Shown here piece by piece: positions 9,761 to 19,983 of a DNA stretch of 64,000 nucleotides. A model generated the notes under the pieces. It saw only the letters and a list, made by a program, of their open reading frames with translations, was not told the origin of the DNA and searched no databases. Made by a program: the position numbers and the translations under genes. The DNA comes from an uncultured bacterium. Its GTDB lineage: Bacteria; Actinomycetota; Actinomycetes; S36-B12. Numbering within the stretch: the first letter of the stretch is position 1; the number at the start of each line of letters is the position of its first letter. Location: positions 350,408 to 414,407 of the forward strand of contig CAVOYT010000012.1 of assembly GCA_963700745.1 (NCBI GenBank). The letters run 5' to 3'.

Positions 9761-10516
9761 GTGGACAAGGTGTGGGGCAACGCCGCCGAGGCGGTGTCCG
9801 CCATCCCCCGCGGCGCCTCCGTGGCAGTGGGAGGCTTCGGGCTCAACGGCATCCCCCAGGTGCTGATCGACGCGCTGGTGGCCACCGGCGTGGACGACCT
9901 GCGCGTCGTGTCCAACAACTGCGGAGTGGACGACTGGGGGCTGGGACTGCTGCTGCGCGAGCACCGGATCTCGCGGGTCACGGCCTCGTACGTCGGGGAG
10001 AACAAGGAGTTCGAGCGCCAGTACCTGTCCGGAGAGCTCGAGGTCGAGCTGATCCCGCAGGGCACCCTGGCCGAGCGCCTGCGCGCCGGCGGCGCAGGGA
10101 TCCCGGCCTTCTACACCCCCGCCGGTGTGGGGACACCGGTGGCGGACGGCGGGATGCCGCTGCGGCACGCCGCCGATGGCAGCGTGGCGATCGCGTCCGA
10201 GCCGAAGGAGACCCGCCAGTTCGACGGTCAGGAGTACGTCCTGGAGCGCGGCATCACCACCGACTTCGCCCTGGTTCACGCGAGCGTCGGCGACCGCCAC
10301 GGGAACCTGGTCTTCGCCAAGGCCACCCGCAACTTCAACCCACTCACGGCGGCCGCCGGCCGGGTCACCATCGCGGAGGTCGAGCAGCTCGTGGAACCCG
10401 GCGAGATCGACCCGGCCAACGTGCACACCCCGGGGATCTTCGTGCAGCGCGTGGTGGTGCTCACGCCCGAGCAAGTGGCGGCAAAGCGGATCGAGCGACG
10501 GACGGTGCGGGCATGA
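9761..10516 (+). CDS. scoA: 3-oxoacid CoA-transferase subunit A
   Basis: GGFG, SNNCG, SYVGEN, PQGTLAERLRAGGAGIP and RNFNP motifs. Confidence 0.9.
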   Translation: MDKVWGNAAEAVSAIPRGASVAVGGFGLNGIPQVLIDALVATGVDDLRVVSNNCGVDDWGLGLLLREHRISRVTASYVGENKEFERQYLSGELEVELIPQGTLAERLRAGGAGIPAFYTPAGVGTPVADGGMPLRHAADGSVAIASEPKETRQFDGQEYVLERGITTDFALVHASVGDRHGNLVFAKATRNFNPLTAAAGRVTIAEVEQLVEPGEIDPANVHTPGIFVQRVVVLTPEQVAAKRIERRTVRA

Positions 10517-10552
10517 GCGCCGCGCACGACGCCAGGGACGAGGAGGCTCGCG

Positions 10553-11185
10553 ATGCCCTGGACGCGTGAGGAACTCGCCGCCCGCGTCGGGCGCGAGCTC
10601 TCCGACGGTCAGTACGTGAACCTCGGCATCGGACTGCCGACGCTCATCCCCAACCACCTCCCCGACGGCGTGCACGTCGTGCTGCAGTCCGAGAACGGCA
10701 TTCTCGGGACCGGGCCCTACCCCACCGAGGAGCAGGTGGACCCCGACCTCATCAACGCGGGCAAGGAGACCGTCACGGTGCTGCCGGGCGCCTCCTACTT
10801 CGACTCCGCCACGAGCTTCGGCATGATCCGCGGCGGCCACATCGACGTCGCCGTCCTCGGGGCGATGCAGGTCTCCGTCGCAGGTGACCTGGCCAACTGG
10901 ATGATCCCCGGCAAGATGGTCAAGGGCATGGGCGGCGCCATGGACCTGGTCCACGGCGCCAAGCGCGTCATCGTCATGATGGAGCACACGGCCAAGGACG
11001 GCAGCCCGAAGATCCTCGATCACTGCACCCTGCCGCTCACCGGCAGGGCCGTCGTCCACCGCATCATCACCGACCTGGGCGTCATCGACATCACCCCCGA
11101 GGGGCTCGTCCTCGTCGAGACCGCACCGGGGGTCAGCGCCGAGGACGTTCGTGCCGCCACCGGTGCGAACGTCGCGACGAACTAG
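10553..11185 (+). CDS. scoB: 3-oxoacid CoA-transferase subunit B
   Basis: [15 protein letters not shown] (catalytic Glu) and [10 protein letters not shown] motifs. Confidence 0.9.
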   Translation: MPWTREELAARVGRELSDGQYVNLGIGLPTLIPNHLPDGVHVVLQSENGILGTGPYPTEEQVDPDLINAGKETVTVLPGASYFDSATSFGMIRGGHIDVAVLGAMQVSVAGDLANWMIPGKMVKGMGGAMDLVHGAKRVIVMMEHTAKDGSPKILDHCTLPLTGRAVVHRIITDLGVIDITPEGLVLVETAPGVSAEDVRAATGANVATN

Positions 11186-12027
11186 CCGCCGACAGGGGCG
11201 GACGGTCGCTCGTCGAACTCGACGACGCCCATCCCCGTGATCCAGGGCACCACCGGCTCGTAGGCCAGGACGGTCGCCGGCGTCGGGGCGGCTGCCGCCG
11301 CCACCGCCACCCAGCTTCGGATCTCGTGCGCGCCGTTGCCGGCGAGCACGATCTCGTCGTCGGTCATGTCGAGGAGGGACTCGACGTCTCCGGCAGCCAG
11401 GCGGGCCAGGAACCAACGATCGAACTCCTCGTCGATGTCGCCCACCCGCGGGTGACCGACCCAGTGCGACAGCCCCCCGGCGCCGATCAGCGCCACGCGC
11501 TCGCCGCCGGGGAAGGAGTCGATCGCGTGACGCAGGGCCACCCCGAGGTCCCACGAGCGCCGCAGCGGCATCAGCGGAGGCACGGCGCAGTTCTGCACGA
11601 TCGGAATGAGCCTCGTGCGGTGCTGGGGGTCGAGCTCCTGGTACACCGTCATGATCCCGTGGTCCATGTCGAGCCGGTGCGAGAACGCAGGATCGAGGCC
11701 GTTGCCCAGGAGTCCCTCGACGAGGTGGGTCGCCAACGCCGGATCGCCGTCGATCCACCCCTGTTCGATGCCCAGCCACGGTTCCGCGGGGCCACGGTTG
11801 CGCTCCCCCACCCCGATGCAGACCTGCGGGAAGGACTCGAGGAAGAAGTTCGTGAAGTGCTCGTTGGCCAGGATGATCATGGCATCCACGGCCCGCTCCG
11901 CCACCTGCTCGCGCAGGTGCGCGAGGGCTCCGAAGAAGTGGTCCTGCTGCTCGGCGGTCGCGGCCTCGCGGGCCGACGCCATCATCGGCGCGTGCGACGA
12001 GCAGGCTGCCAGCACTAGCTCTGCCAT
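11182..12027 (-). CDS. LigB/CarBb-type extradiol dioxygenase catalytic subunit
   Basis: SHAP, EHFTNFF, DHG, GGLSHW and GAHEIRSW metal/catalytic motifs. Confidence 0.85.
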   Translation of the reverse strand: MAELVLAACSSHAPMMASAREAATAEQQDHFFGALAHLREQVAERAVDAMIILANEHFTNFFLESFPQVCIGVGERNRGPAEPWLGIEQGWIDGDPALATHLVEGLLGNGLDPAFSHRLDMDHGIMTVYQELDPQHRTRLIPIVQNCAVPPLMPLRRSWDLGVALRHAIDSFPGGERVALIGAGGLSHWVGHPRVGDIDEEFDRWFLARLAAGDVESLLDMTDDEIVLAGNGAHEIRSWVAVAAAAAPTPATVLAYEPVVPWITGMGVVEFDERPSAPVGG

Positions 12028-12290
12028 CGTCCCCTCCCCTCCTCGGCAACCGCGTAGGGCTGGAGGATGGCCCGGTAGTCGTCGCGCGAGTAGCCCACCT
12101 CCCGGCAGTAGCGGTTGAGCAGCACCCCGTGAAGTCCCAGCTGGTAGAAGGCCGCCACGTCGCGCTTGTCGAACGCCGCCCGCTCCTCAACTGACAGGTC
12201 ATATCGATCCGGGTTGAAGGTCTCGGGCTGACCCGTCTCATTCGCTCGGATGAAGTCGTACACGCACCGATGCATGTCGTACCAGGTCAT
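12015..12290 (-). CDS. LigA/CarBa-like small dioxygenase subunit
   Basis: 91 aa from ATG 12290 (ATGA overlap with the upstream gene); YDLSVEERAAF...D...LGLHGVLL pattern; directly upstream of the LigB-type gene. Confidence 0.7.
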   Translation of the reverse strand: MTWYDMHRCVYDFIRANETGQPETFNPDRYDLSVEERAAFDKRDVAAFYQLGLHGVLLNRYCREVGYSRDDYRAILQPYAVAEEGRGRWQS

Positions 12291-13306
12291 CGCGCTCCCT
12301 CCTCCAGCGACAGCCCCAGCAGCGCCGCTGCCGACCGCCAGGTGATCAGGCTCTCGTCGATCTCGCCGAGTCCGAGCGAGGCGACCGCGCCGAGCGGGTC
12401 CCGGTCGGCGAGCTCGAACGGGAAGTCCGTGCCGATCAGCAGCCGATCCGCACCAAGGTCCTCGGCAAGGTGGCCCAGCAGCTCCGGAGAGAAGACCGCG
12501 GTGTCGTAGTAGAGCCTGGCCGTGTAGGCGCTCGGCGGAAGCGGGGTCGAGTGCGCCACGTCCTTGCGCTCCCAGCCCATGTCGAGCCTGCCGCGCACTG
12601 ACGGCAGGCAGCCCCCGCCGTGCGCCAGGCACAGCGGGAACCGGTACCGCTCGAGGATCCCGGAGAACGCCAGTCGCGTGACCGCGACCGCCGTCTCCAT
12701 CGGGTAGCCGAGCAGCTGGGGAAGGTAGTAGTCGCGCAGGCGGTGCAGATCCGGCACCCCACTGGGGTGCAGGAACGTGAATGCCGACCGTTCCGCCACG
12801 AGCTTCCACAGCGGCTCGTTCACCGGGTCGTCCACCTCGCGGCCGGCACCACGCGTCCCGATGGTGATGCCCGCCATGCCCTCGTCAAGGCAGATCCGCG
12901 CTTCGTCGGCTACGCCACCGAGTCCCAGCGGCGCAGTCCCCAGGGCCACCAGCCGATCCGGAACTTCCTCGACGAACGCCGCGAGCTCCCGGTTGCCACG
13001 GGTGACCACCTCGGCGGCGAGATCCTCGTCCTCGGTGGTCGAGCAGAACAGGAACGGCGGGAGCGAGACCGCGTGGTGCGAGATGCCAGCGTCGTCCATG
13101 GCCCGCAAGCGCGCTTCAACATCCCACTGCGATCGGGCCAGCGGCAGCGGGGTGCCGGGCGCCACCCCGCTGACGCGCGCATCGAGTCGGACAACGCCGG
13201 AATCGGCCGTCGTGTCGACATCGGAGAGGTCGGCGAGCCCACGCTCCTCCAGCCACCGCAGGTGCGGCAGTGGCATCGCATGCGCGTGAATGTCGATGGC
13301 TGGCAT
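12287..13306 (-). CDS. Amidohydrolase_2 (ACMSD-like) decarboxylase/hydratase
   Basis: IDIHAH, FLHP, AHGGG, YYDT and GTDFPF motifs. Confidence 0.85.
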   Translation of the reverse strand: MPAIDIHAHAMPLPHLRWLEERGLADLSDVDTTADSGVVRLDARVSGVAPGTPLPLARSQWDVEARLRAMDDAGISHHAVSLPPFLFCSTTEDEDLAAEVVTRGNRELAAFVEEVPDRLVALGTAPLGLGGVADEARICLDEGMAGITIGTRGAGREVDDPVNEPLWKLVAERSAFTFLHPSGVPDLHRLRDYYLPQLLGYPMETAVAVTRLAFSGILERYRFPLCLAHGGGCLPSVRGRLDMGWERKDVAHSTPLPPSAYTARLYYDTAVFSPELLGHLAEDLGADRLLIGTDFPFELADRDPLGAVASLGLGEIDESLITWRSAAALLGLSLEEGAR

Positions 13307-13352
13307 AGGTGCGTGAGTCTAGGCAGCGCGAACCACCGGCGGCACGGCACAC

Positions 13353-13367
13353 TTCTACTCACCGGAA
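13353..13367. promoter_or_regulatory. Putative PobR-like IclR operator (TTCTACTCACCGGAA)
   Basis: 12/15 match to the palindrome at 14133-14147; lies in the divergent amidohydrolase/IclR gap. Confidence 0.5.
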
Positions 13368-13376
13368 GGAGGATCG

Positions 13377-14150
13377 ATGGCGGCAGCAGGCCCCAGTGTC
13401 ACCTCGCGAGCCCTCGCCGTCCTTGGCGCGCTCGACGAGGATCACGCCCGACTCACCCTGAGCGAGTTGTCCGCTCGATCGGGTCTGCCGCTGTCCACCA
13501 CCCATCGACTGGTGGCCGAGCTGGTCGAGTGGGGGGCCCTCGAGCGGGACGATGACGCGCGCTACGTCGTCGGCCGTCGACTCTGGCAGCTCGGGACGCT
13601 CGCGCCCGTCCACCGTGGACTGAGGGAGATCGCCCTGCCCCCGATGCAGGATGTCTACGCCGTGACACAGGAGAACGTTCACCTGGCCGTGCGCTCGGGA
13701 AAGGTCGCCCTCTACGTCGAGCGCATCTACGGCGCGAGTTCCGTTGCTCTCGTGAGCCGACCGGGTGCACGGCTTCCGTTGCACGCCACGGGAGTCGGCA
13801 AGGTCCTGCTTGCCCATGCCCCGGACGACGTCATCGGCGCCGTGCTGTCCGACCTTGCGCCCGTGACTCGCTACACGATCACCGAGTCGGGGCGGATGGC
13901 GCGTGAACTGAGCGGCGTCCGCCGCCACGGGTACGCCCGCACGTCGGAGGAGATGACTCTCGGCACATGCTCGATCGCGGTCCCGATCCGCGACCAGGCC
14001 GGAGAGGTTGCCGCGTCCCTCGGGCTCGTGACACGAACCGGCCGCCGGGACCTGGTGAAGCACGTTCCGGCCCTCGAGGTCGCGGCCGTCGCGATCAACC
14101 GCGGGCTGCGACAGGATGCTGCGGACCGCGCCTTCCGCTCAACGGAATGA
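13377..14150 (+). CDS. IclR-family regulator (PobR-like by context)
   Basis: SGLPLSTTHRL HTH and LHATGVGKVLLA; immediately upstream of pobA. Confidence 0.9.
   Translation: MAAAGPSVTSRALAVLGALDEDHARLTLSELSARSGLPLSTTHRLVAELVEWGALERDDDARYVVGRRLWQLGTLAPVHRGLREIALPPMQDVYAVTQENVHLAVRSGKVALYVERIYGASSVALVSRPGARLPLHATGVGKVLLAHAPDDVIGAVLSDLAPVTRYTITESGRMARELSGVRRHGYARTSEEMTLGTCSIAVPIRDQAGEVAASLGLVTRTGRRDLVKHVPALEVAAVAINRGLRQDAADRAFRSTE
14133..14147. promoter_or_regulatory. Putative IclR operator upstream of pobA (TTCCG-CTCAA-CGGAA)
   Basis: Perfect 5-bp inverted repeat ending 43 nt before the pobA ATG, inside the 3' end of the regulator gene. Confidence 0.6.
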
Positions 14151-14190
14151 GGCGCTGGCGGCGGCGCGGTACCCCCACCACCATCGGCCC

Positions 14191-15369
14191 ATGCGAACGC
14201 AGGTCGGCATCATCGGCGCGGGTCCCGCGGGTCTCCTGCTGTCCCAGCTGCTCGACCGGAACGGCATCGACTCAGTCATCGTCGAGAACCGCTCCCAGGA
14301 TTACGTGGAGTCGCGCATCCGGGCCGGTGTCATCGAGCACGGAGCCGTTCACACGCTCACGGATGCGGGCGTGGCCGAGCGCCTCCACCGCGAGGGAATG
14401 CGGCACGACGGCATCTACCTGCAGTGGCCCGGCGAGCGTCATCACCTCGACTTCCCCGACCTCTGCGGCCAGTCCGTCTGGGTCTACGGGCAGACGGAGC
14501 TGACGAAGGACCTGTTCCGCATCCGTGCGGAGGCCGAGCAGCAGATCCACTTCGAGGTCTCGGACGTCGCCATCGTCGATCCGCTGAGCGACCGCCCCCG
14601 CATCACCTTCACGGACCTGTCCGGGACGCCCCAGGTGCTCGAGTGCGACGTCGTCGCCGGCTGCGACGGCTTCCACGGTGTCAGCCGCGACACCATCCCG
14701 GAGTCCGTGCGCACGGTCTGGCAGCGGGTCTACCCGTACTCGTGGCTGGGCGTCCTGGCTGAGGTCGCACCCTCGACCGACGAGCTCATCTACGCGTGGC
14801 ACCCCGACGGGTTCGCCCTGCACAGCATGCGCTCGGCCTCGATCAGCCGGCTGTACGTCCAGGTGGCGCCGGACGAGGTGATCGAGGACTGGTCCGACGA
14901 CCGGATCTGGCACGCGTTGTCAACGCGCATGGCCCTGGACGGATGGACGCTGGACTCGGGCCCCACGCTCGAGAAGGGCATCACTCCCATGCGCAGCTTC
15001 GTAAGCGCGCCGATGCGCTACGGCAACCTCTTCCTCGCCGGTGACGCAGCACACATCGTGCCGCCTACGGGCGCGAAGGGCCTCAATCTGGCCATCGCCG
15101 ACGTCACGCGGCTCAGTGACGCGCTGGTTCGGCGGTTCAAGAACGGCGCAGACGACCTCGTCGATTCCTACTCCGACGCGGCCTTGCGCCGCGTCTGGCG
15201 GTCCACCCACTTCTCCTGGTGGATGACGAGCATGCTGCACGTCGAGGACCCGGCAGATCCGAACGCCGGCTTCCTCCAGCAGATGCAGCTCGCGCAACTT
15301 CGGTACGTCACCTCGTCGCGCGCCGCCGGGGCCAGCCTGGCTGAGAACTACACGGGCTTCCAGGGCTGA
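14191..15369 (+). CDS. pobA: 4-hydroxybenzoate 3-monooxygenase
   Basis: MRTQVGIIGAGPAGL, RIRAG, VYGQTE, GCDGFHGVSR, LAGDAAHIVPPTGAKGLNLA and LAENYTG. Confidence 0.95.
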   Translation: MRTQVGIIGAGPAGLLLSQLLDRNGIDSVIVENRSQDYVESRIRAGVIEHGAVHTLTDAGVAERLHREGMRHDGIYLQWPGERHHLDFPDLCGQSVWVYGQTELTKDLFRIRAEAEQQIHFEVSDVAIVDPLSDRPRITFTDLSGTPQVLECDVVAGCDGFHGVSRDTIPESVRTVWQRVYPYSWLGVLAEVAPSTDELIYAWHPDGFALHSMRSASISRLYVQVAPDEVIEDWSDDRIWHALSTRMALDGWTLDSGPTLEKGITPMRSFVSAPMRYGNLFLAGDAAHIVPPTGAKGLNLAIADVTRLSDALVRRFKNGADDLVDSYSDAALRRVWRSTHFSWWMTSMLHVEDPADPNAGFLQQMQLAQLRYVTSSRAAGASLAENYTGFQG

Positions 15370-15414
15370 GGTCGGCCAAAGCGGTTCGCCGCTTCACGCA
15401 TGCACCGGCCCGCC

Positions 15415-16270
15415 TCAGACTGCGATCGTGGCCTCGGCTGCCTCCACGACGTTGGTGATCAGCATGGCCCGGGTCATCGGCCCCACACCGCCAGGCATCG
15501 GTGCCACGAAGGCGGCCACCTCCATGACGTCCGGGGCGACGTCCCCCACCAGGCCGGCCTCGGTGCGGGTGATGCCCACGTCGAGGACGGCGGCACCAGG
15601 TCGCACGAGATCAGAGGTGACCAGATGCGGGACCCCCGCTGCGGCGACGATGATGTCCGCGCGGCGCAGGTGGTCGGCCAGGTGCCGGGTACCCGTATGG
15701 CAGAGGGTCACGGTCGCGTTCTCCGACTTGCGGGTCAGGAGCAGGCCGAGCGGACGACCGACGGTCACCCCCCTGCCGACGACAACGACCTCGGCGCCGT
15801 TGATCTCGACGTCATAGCGCCGCAGGAGCTCGACGATTCCTCTGGGCGTGCACGGCAGTGGCGCAGGCTCACCGAGGACCAGGCGCCCGAGGTTGGTGGG
15901 GTGCAGGCCGTCGGCGTCCTTCGCCGGATCCATCAAGGTGAGGACGCGGTTGGCGTCGAGGTGCTTCGGCAGGGGCAGCTGCACGATGTACCCGGTCACC
16001 GATGGGTCCTCGTTGAGCCGATGGATCTCGGCGTCGAGCTGCTCCTGACGTGGTGTCGGCCGGCAGGTCGACCCGTATGGAGGCGATCCCCACCTCGGCG
16101 CAGTCCTTGTGCTTGCCGCCCACGTACGCATGACTGCCGGGATCGTCGCCGACGAGGACGGTTCCCAGGCCCGGCAGGATCCCGCGCTCGCGCAGGGCGT
16201 CCACGCGGACCTTGAGATCGGCCTTCACGCTGGCCGCGGTGGCCTTGCCGTCGAGGATCGTTGCAGTCAT
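15415..16270 (-). CDS. folD: Methylenetetrahydrofolate dehydrogenase/cyclohydrolase (indel near 16050)
   Basis: [34 protein letters not shown] and PGGVGPMT motifs. Confidence 0.95.
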
Positions 16271-16386
16271 GGCCCCATCCTCTCAGGCGACGTCGAAGCA
16301 CCACTCACTGCAAACGATTGGGAGGAGAATCGCGCTGCACTGCGGTTGACACCGGCCATGATCGTCGGGTGTGATGCCTCCGCGGC

Positions 16387-16400
16387 TACAATCGATTGCA
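16387..16400. promoter_or_regulatory. LacI-type operator (TACAATCGATTGCA)
   Basis: CG-centred palindrome repeated at 24826, 27485 and 37608; a weaker copy, TGCAAACGATTG, lies at 16309. Confidence 0.75.
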
Positions 16401-16446
16401 GAACTTCCCAGCCCGCACCGACACGACCAGGAAGCAGGACCGACGA

Positions 16447-17713
16447 ATGAGCGTCCGACCGGCCTCGGAATTTGCCCAGACGTCCATCCCCGCGCCCGGG
16501 ATCATCGGCGTGGACTGGGAGGAGCGGGTCGACTTCACCCGGTTGCGGGACTATCGCACCTCGCGGGCGCGTGAAGCGCTGGAGAACAGTGATCTCGGCG
16601 CCCTGCTCGTCTTCGAGTCGTCGAACATCCGCTACCTGACGGCCACGCACATCGGGACCTGGGGCTACAACAAGACCGAGCGCTGGGCGCTGCTCACCCG
16701 CACCGGCGAGCCGTGGGTCTGGGACTTCGGCTCGGCGGCGAAGAACCACCGCATGTACTCCCCGTGGCTGCTGCCCGAGCATTCGAACGGCGGCAACACC
16801 GGGCTCCAGGGTGCGATCTCACCGCTCTCGGGCCTGCCACGGGGGGCGGCGCAGGAGATCGCCGCCATCCTTCGCGAGGAGGGCGTCGCCGGGATGCCCC
16901 TGGGCGTCGACGTCGTCGAGATGCCGATGCTGCGCGAGCTGGAGGCGGCCGGCATCGACGTCCGTGACGGCCAGCAGGTCATGCTCGACGCCCGGCAGAT
17001 CAAGAACCGCGACGAGATCCTGCTGCTCAGCCAGGCGGCTGCGATGGTCGACGGCGTCTACCAGGACATCTACGAGTTCCTCAAGCCCGGGGTGCGCGAG
17101 AACGATGTGGTCGCCCTGGCCACCAAGCGGCTGATCGAGATGGGATCGGAGCAGGTCGAGGCGATCAACTCGATCGCCGGCGAGCGCTGCAGCCCGCACC
17201 CGCACGTCTTCTCGGACCGCTACATCCGACCGGGTGACCAGGCCTACTTCGACATCATCCACTCCTTCAACGGCTACCGGACCTGCTACTACCGCACGTT
17301 CGCGGTGGGTCGGGCGACGCGAGTCGCATCGGCACGCCTACAAGAAGGCCCGCGAGCTCATCGACAGCGCGATCGCCCTGGTGAAGCCCGGGACGAGCAC
17401 CGCCGACATCGCCAAGCTGTGGCCCAAGGCCAACGAGTTCGGCTTCAGCTCCGAGATGGAGGCGTTCGGCCTGCAGTTCGGCCACGGCCTGGGCCTCGGC
17501 CTGCACGAACGCCCCGTCATCAGCCGGCTGAACTCCCTCGACAACCCGGTCGAGATCAAGGAGGGCATGGTGTTCGCCCTGGAGACGTACTGGCCAGCCG
17601 ACGACGGCCACTCCGCCGCGCGCATCGAGGAGGAGCTCGTCGTGACCGCGGACGGGGCGGAGCTGCTGACGCTGTTCCCGGCCGAGGAGCTCGTCGTCAC
17701 CAACCCGTACTAG
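16447..17713 (+). CDS. M24 (Xaa-Pro peptidase/creatinase fold) hydrolase with atypical metal ligands (indel near 17320)
   Basis: NIRYLT, ARQIK, FGHGLG, ALETY and RIEEE motifs. Confidence 0.85.
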
Positions 17714-17758
17714 AGGGCCACGCACCCCAGCCCGAAGAGCCCCACCGAGAGCGGACTC

Positions 17759-19214
17759 GTGAGCCTCTACGACGTCAGCAACCCCGACCACGTCAACCTC
17801 TACATCGGTGGCCAGTGGCTCCCGGCCTCCGACGGTGAGCGGTTCGACGTGACCGACCCGTCGACCGGCGAGCTCATCGCCAGCGTCGCCAGCGGCTCCC
17901 CCGACGACGCCCGCGCGGCGGTCGCCGCCGCATCGGCGGCATCGGATGCCTGGGCGGCCACCGCCCCCCGCGCTCGCGGCGAGATCCTGCGCCGGGCCTT
18001 CGAGCTGATGATCGAGAACCGCGACGAGCTCGCCGAGCTGATCTCGCTCGAGAGCGGCAAGGCCTGGAGCGACGCGCAGGGCGAGGTCACCTATGCGGCC
18101 GAGTTCTTCCGCTGGTTCTCCGAGGAGGCGGTGCGCGCCACCGGGCATGTGCAGACGGCCCCCAACGGGGACAAGCGGATCCTCACGGTCCTGCAGCCGG
18201 TCGGGGTCTCCGTCCTCATCACGCCGTGGAACTTCCCGGCGGCCATGGCCACCCGCAAGATGGGCCCCGCCCTGGCAGCGGGCTGCCCCGTCGTCCTGAA
18301 GCCGGCCTCCGACACTCCCCTGACCGCGCTGGCCCTGGCCGTCCTCATGGAGCGGGCCGGCGCACCCGCGGGAGTCGTCAACGTGCTGCCGTCGCGTCGC
18401 TCCGGCGCCGTGGCCGAGGCCATGCTCATGCAGCCGGCCACCCGCAAGCTGTCGTTCACCGGATCGACCGAGGTGGGGCGCACGCTGCTGGAGCTGGCCG
18501 CGCGCAACGTCGTCAACTGCTCGATGGAGCTCGGCGGCAATGCCCCGTTCCTCGTCTTCGGCGACTCGGACATCGATGCCGCCGTCGAGGGCGCGATGGT
18601 CGCCAAGATGCGCAACGGCGGTGAGTCGTGCATCGCCGCGAACCGCTTCATCGTCGAGGACTCGGTGGCCGACGAGTTCTCCGACGAAGCTGGCCGCCGC
18701 CATGGGTGCCATGAAGGTGGGCCCCGGCAGTGACCGGACCTCGCAGGTCGGGCCGATGATCAACGTGCGCGCGGTCGACGACATCGCGTCGATGGTCGAC
18801 TCGAGCGTGGCCGCCGGCGCGACGGTCCTCGTCGGCGGCAGCCGCCCCGACGGTCCCGGCGCGTACTACCCGCCGACGGTCCTGTCGGGCCTGTCCGGCG
18901 ACGACCCGATCCTGGACGTGGAGATCTTCGGACCCGTCGCGCCGGTCGTCGCGTTCTCCGGCGAGGACGAGGCGGTGGCGCTGGCCAACGCCACCCCGTT
19001 CGGACTCGCCGCCTACGTCTACACCGGCGACCTCGGACGCGCCCTCCGCGTGGCCGAGCGCGTGGACGCCGGCATGGTGGGCGTCAACCGCGGCTTCATC
19101 TCCGACCCCGCTGCCCCGTTCGGCGGCGTCAAGCAGAGCGGCCTGGGACGTGAGGGCGGGCACGAGGGCCTGCTGGAGTTCCTCGAGGCCAAGTACATCG
19201 CCGTCGACTGGTAG
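17759..19214 (+). CDS. gabD: NAD(P)-dependent succinate-semialdehyde-dehydrogenase-like aldehyde dehydrogenase (indel near 18685)
   Basis: ITPWNFP, FTGST, ELGGNAP, RNGGESC, EIFGP and PFGGVKQSG motifs. Confidence 0.8.
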
Positions 19215-19235
19215 CCCCCACCCCGCATCACCAAC

Positions 19236-19299
19236 CGATGCCTCGTCACTTGTGGCGGGTTTCCGGCCCCCGGAAGTCGCCACGAGTGACGAGGCATCG
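19236..19299. repeat. REP-like palindromic element, copy A
   Basis: CGATGCCTCGTCACTTGTGGCG...CGCCACGAGTGACGAGGCATCG between convergent genes; nearly identical to 24067-24130. Confidence 0.85.
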
Positions 19300-19305
19300 A
19301 AGGGG

Positions 19306-19967
19306 TCAGGGACGGGCGAACACCTCGGGGTGGGCGCCGAGTTCCTTGCGCGTGCGCCGGATGTGCCCGGACAGGTAGCGCTCAGCGTCCACGCCGTCCC
19401 GGCGCTGCAGCGCGTCGATGATCAGCCCGTGCTCGGCGTTGACGATCCACCGACGGCCCGGCCCCCGACACGAGCATGAACGCGCGCCGGTAGTGCTGGG
19501 TGGCGTTCCACAGCTGAGTCACCGTGCCCAGCAACTGCTCGGACGCGCAGCGGCTGTAGGTCGCCAGATGGAACTCGCGGTCCAGCGCCAGGAACTCCCG
19601 CACGTCGACGTGATCCTCGATGCGCTGCTGGATCTCCGCGATCGATGCCAGGTCGTCGTCCGACAGCAGCGGCATGCTCTCGATCAGCGCGAGCGGCTCG
19701 ATCCGCTCGCGCATCTGGTAGAGCGTCTCGACCTCGTCCATGTCCAGGGCCGGGACCCGTGCGCCCTTGTTCGGCTCGACCGTGATGAGGCCCTCGGCCG
19801 CGAGCACCCGCAGCGCCTCGCGCACCGGCAAGTCGGCTGGCACCGAGACGCTCGGCCACCTCCTCCTGCCGGATCCGCTCACCCGGGCCGATCTCACCGC
19901 CGAGGATCTGCCCGCGCAGGTGGTCGGCGATGCGCTGGCTGGCTGCCGTCGGGCCGCTGGTGGTCAT
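19306..19967 (-). CDS. GntR-family (FCD domain) regulator (indels near 19830 and 19465)
   Basis: PGERIRQEEVAERLGASR/PVREAL wHTH; DREFH and EH...D....HI FCD residues. Confidence 0.85.
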
Positions 19968-19983
19968 CTCCTGGTCGCCCACC

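Noticed and set aside
9761-11185. pcaIJ of the beta-ketoadipate pathway
   Set aside because: No pcaGH, B, C, D or F in the window, and the genes share a promoter gap with the BKACE operon. An acetoacetate role fits better, though pcaIJ is not excluded.
9722-12241. 839-aa ORF and similar long Arg/Pro-rich ORFs (e.g. 40791-43196, 43872-45770, 54376-56112)
   Set aside because: Shadow frames of well-supported genes in high-GC DNA. Where they contain real motifs, these are explained by smaller embedded genes.
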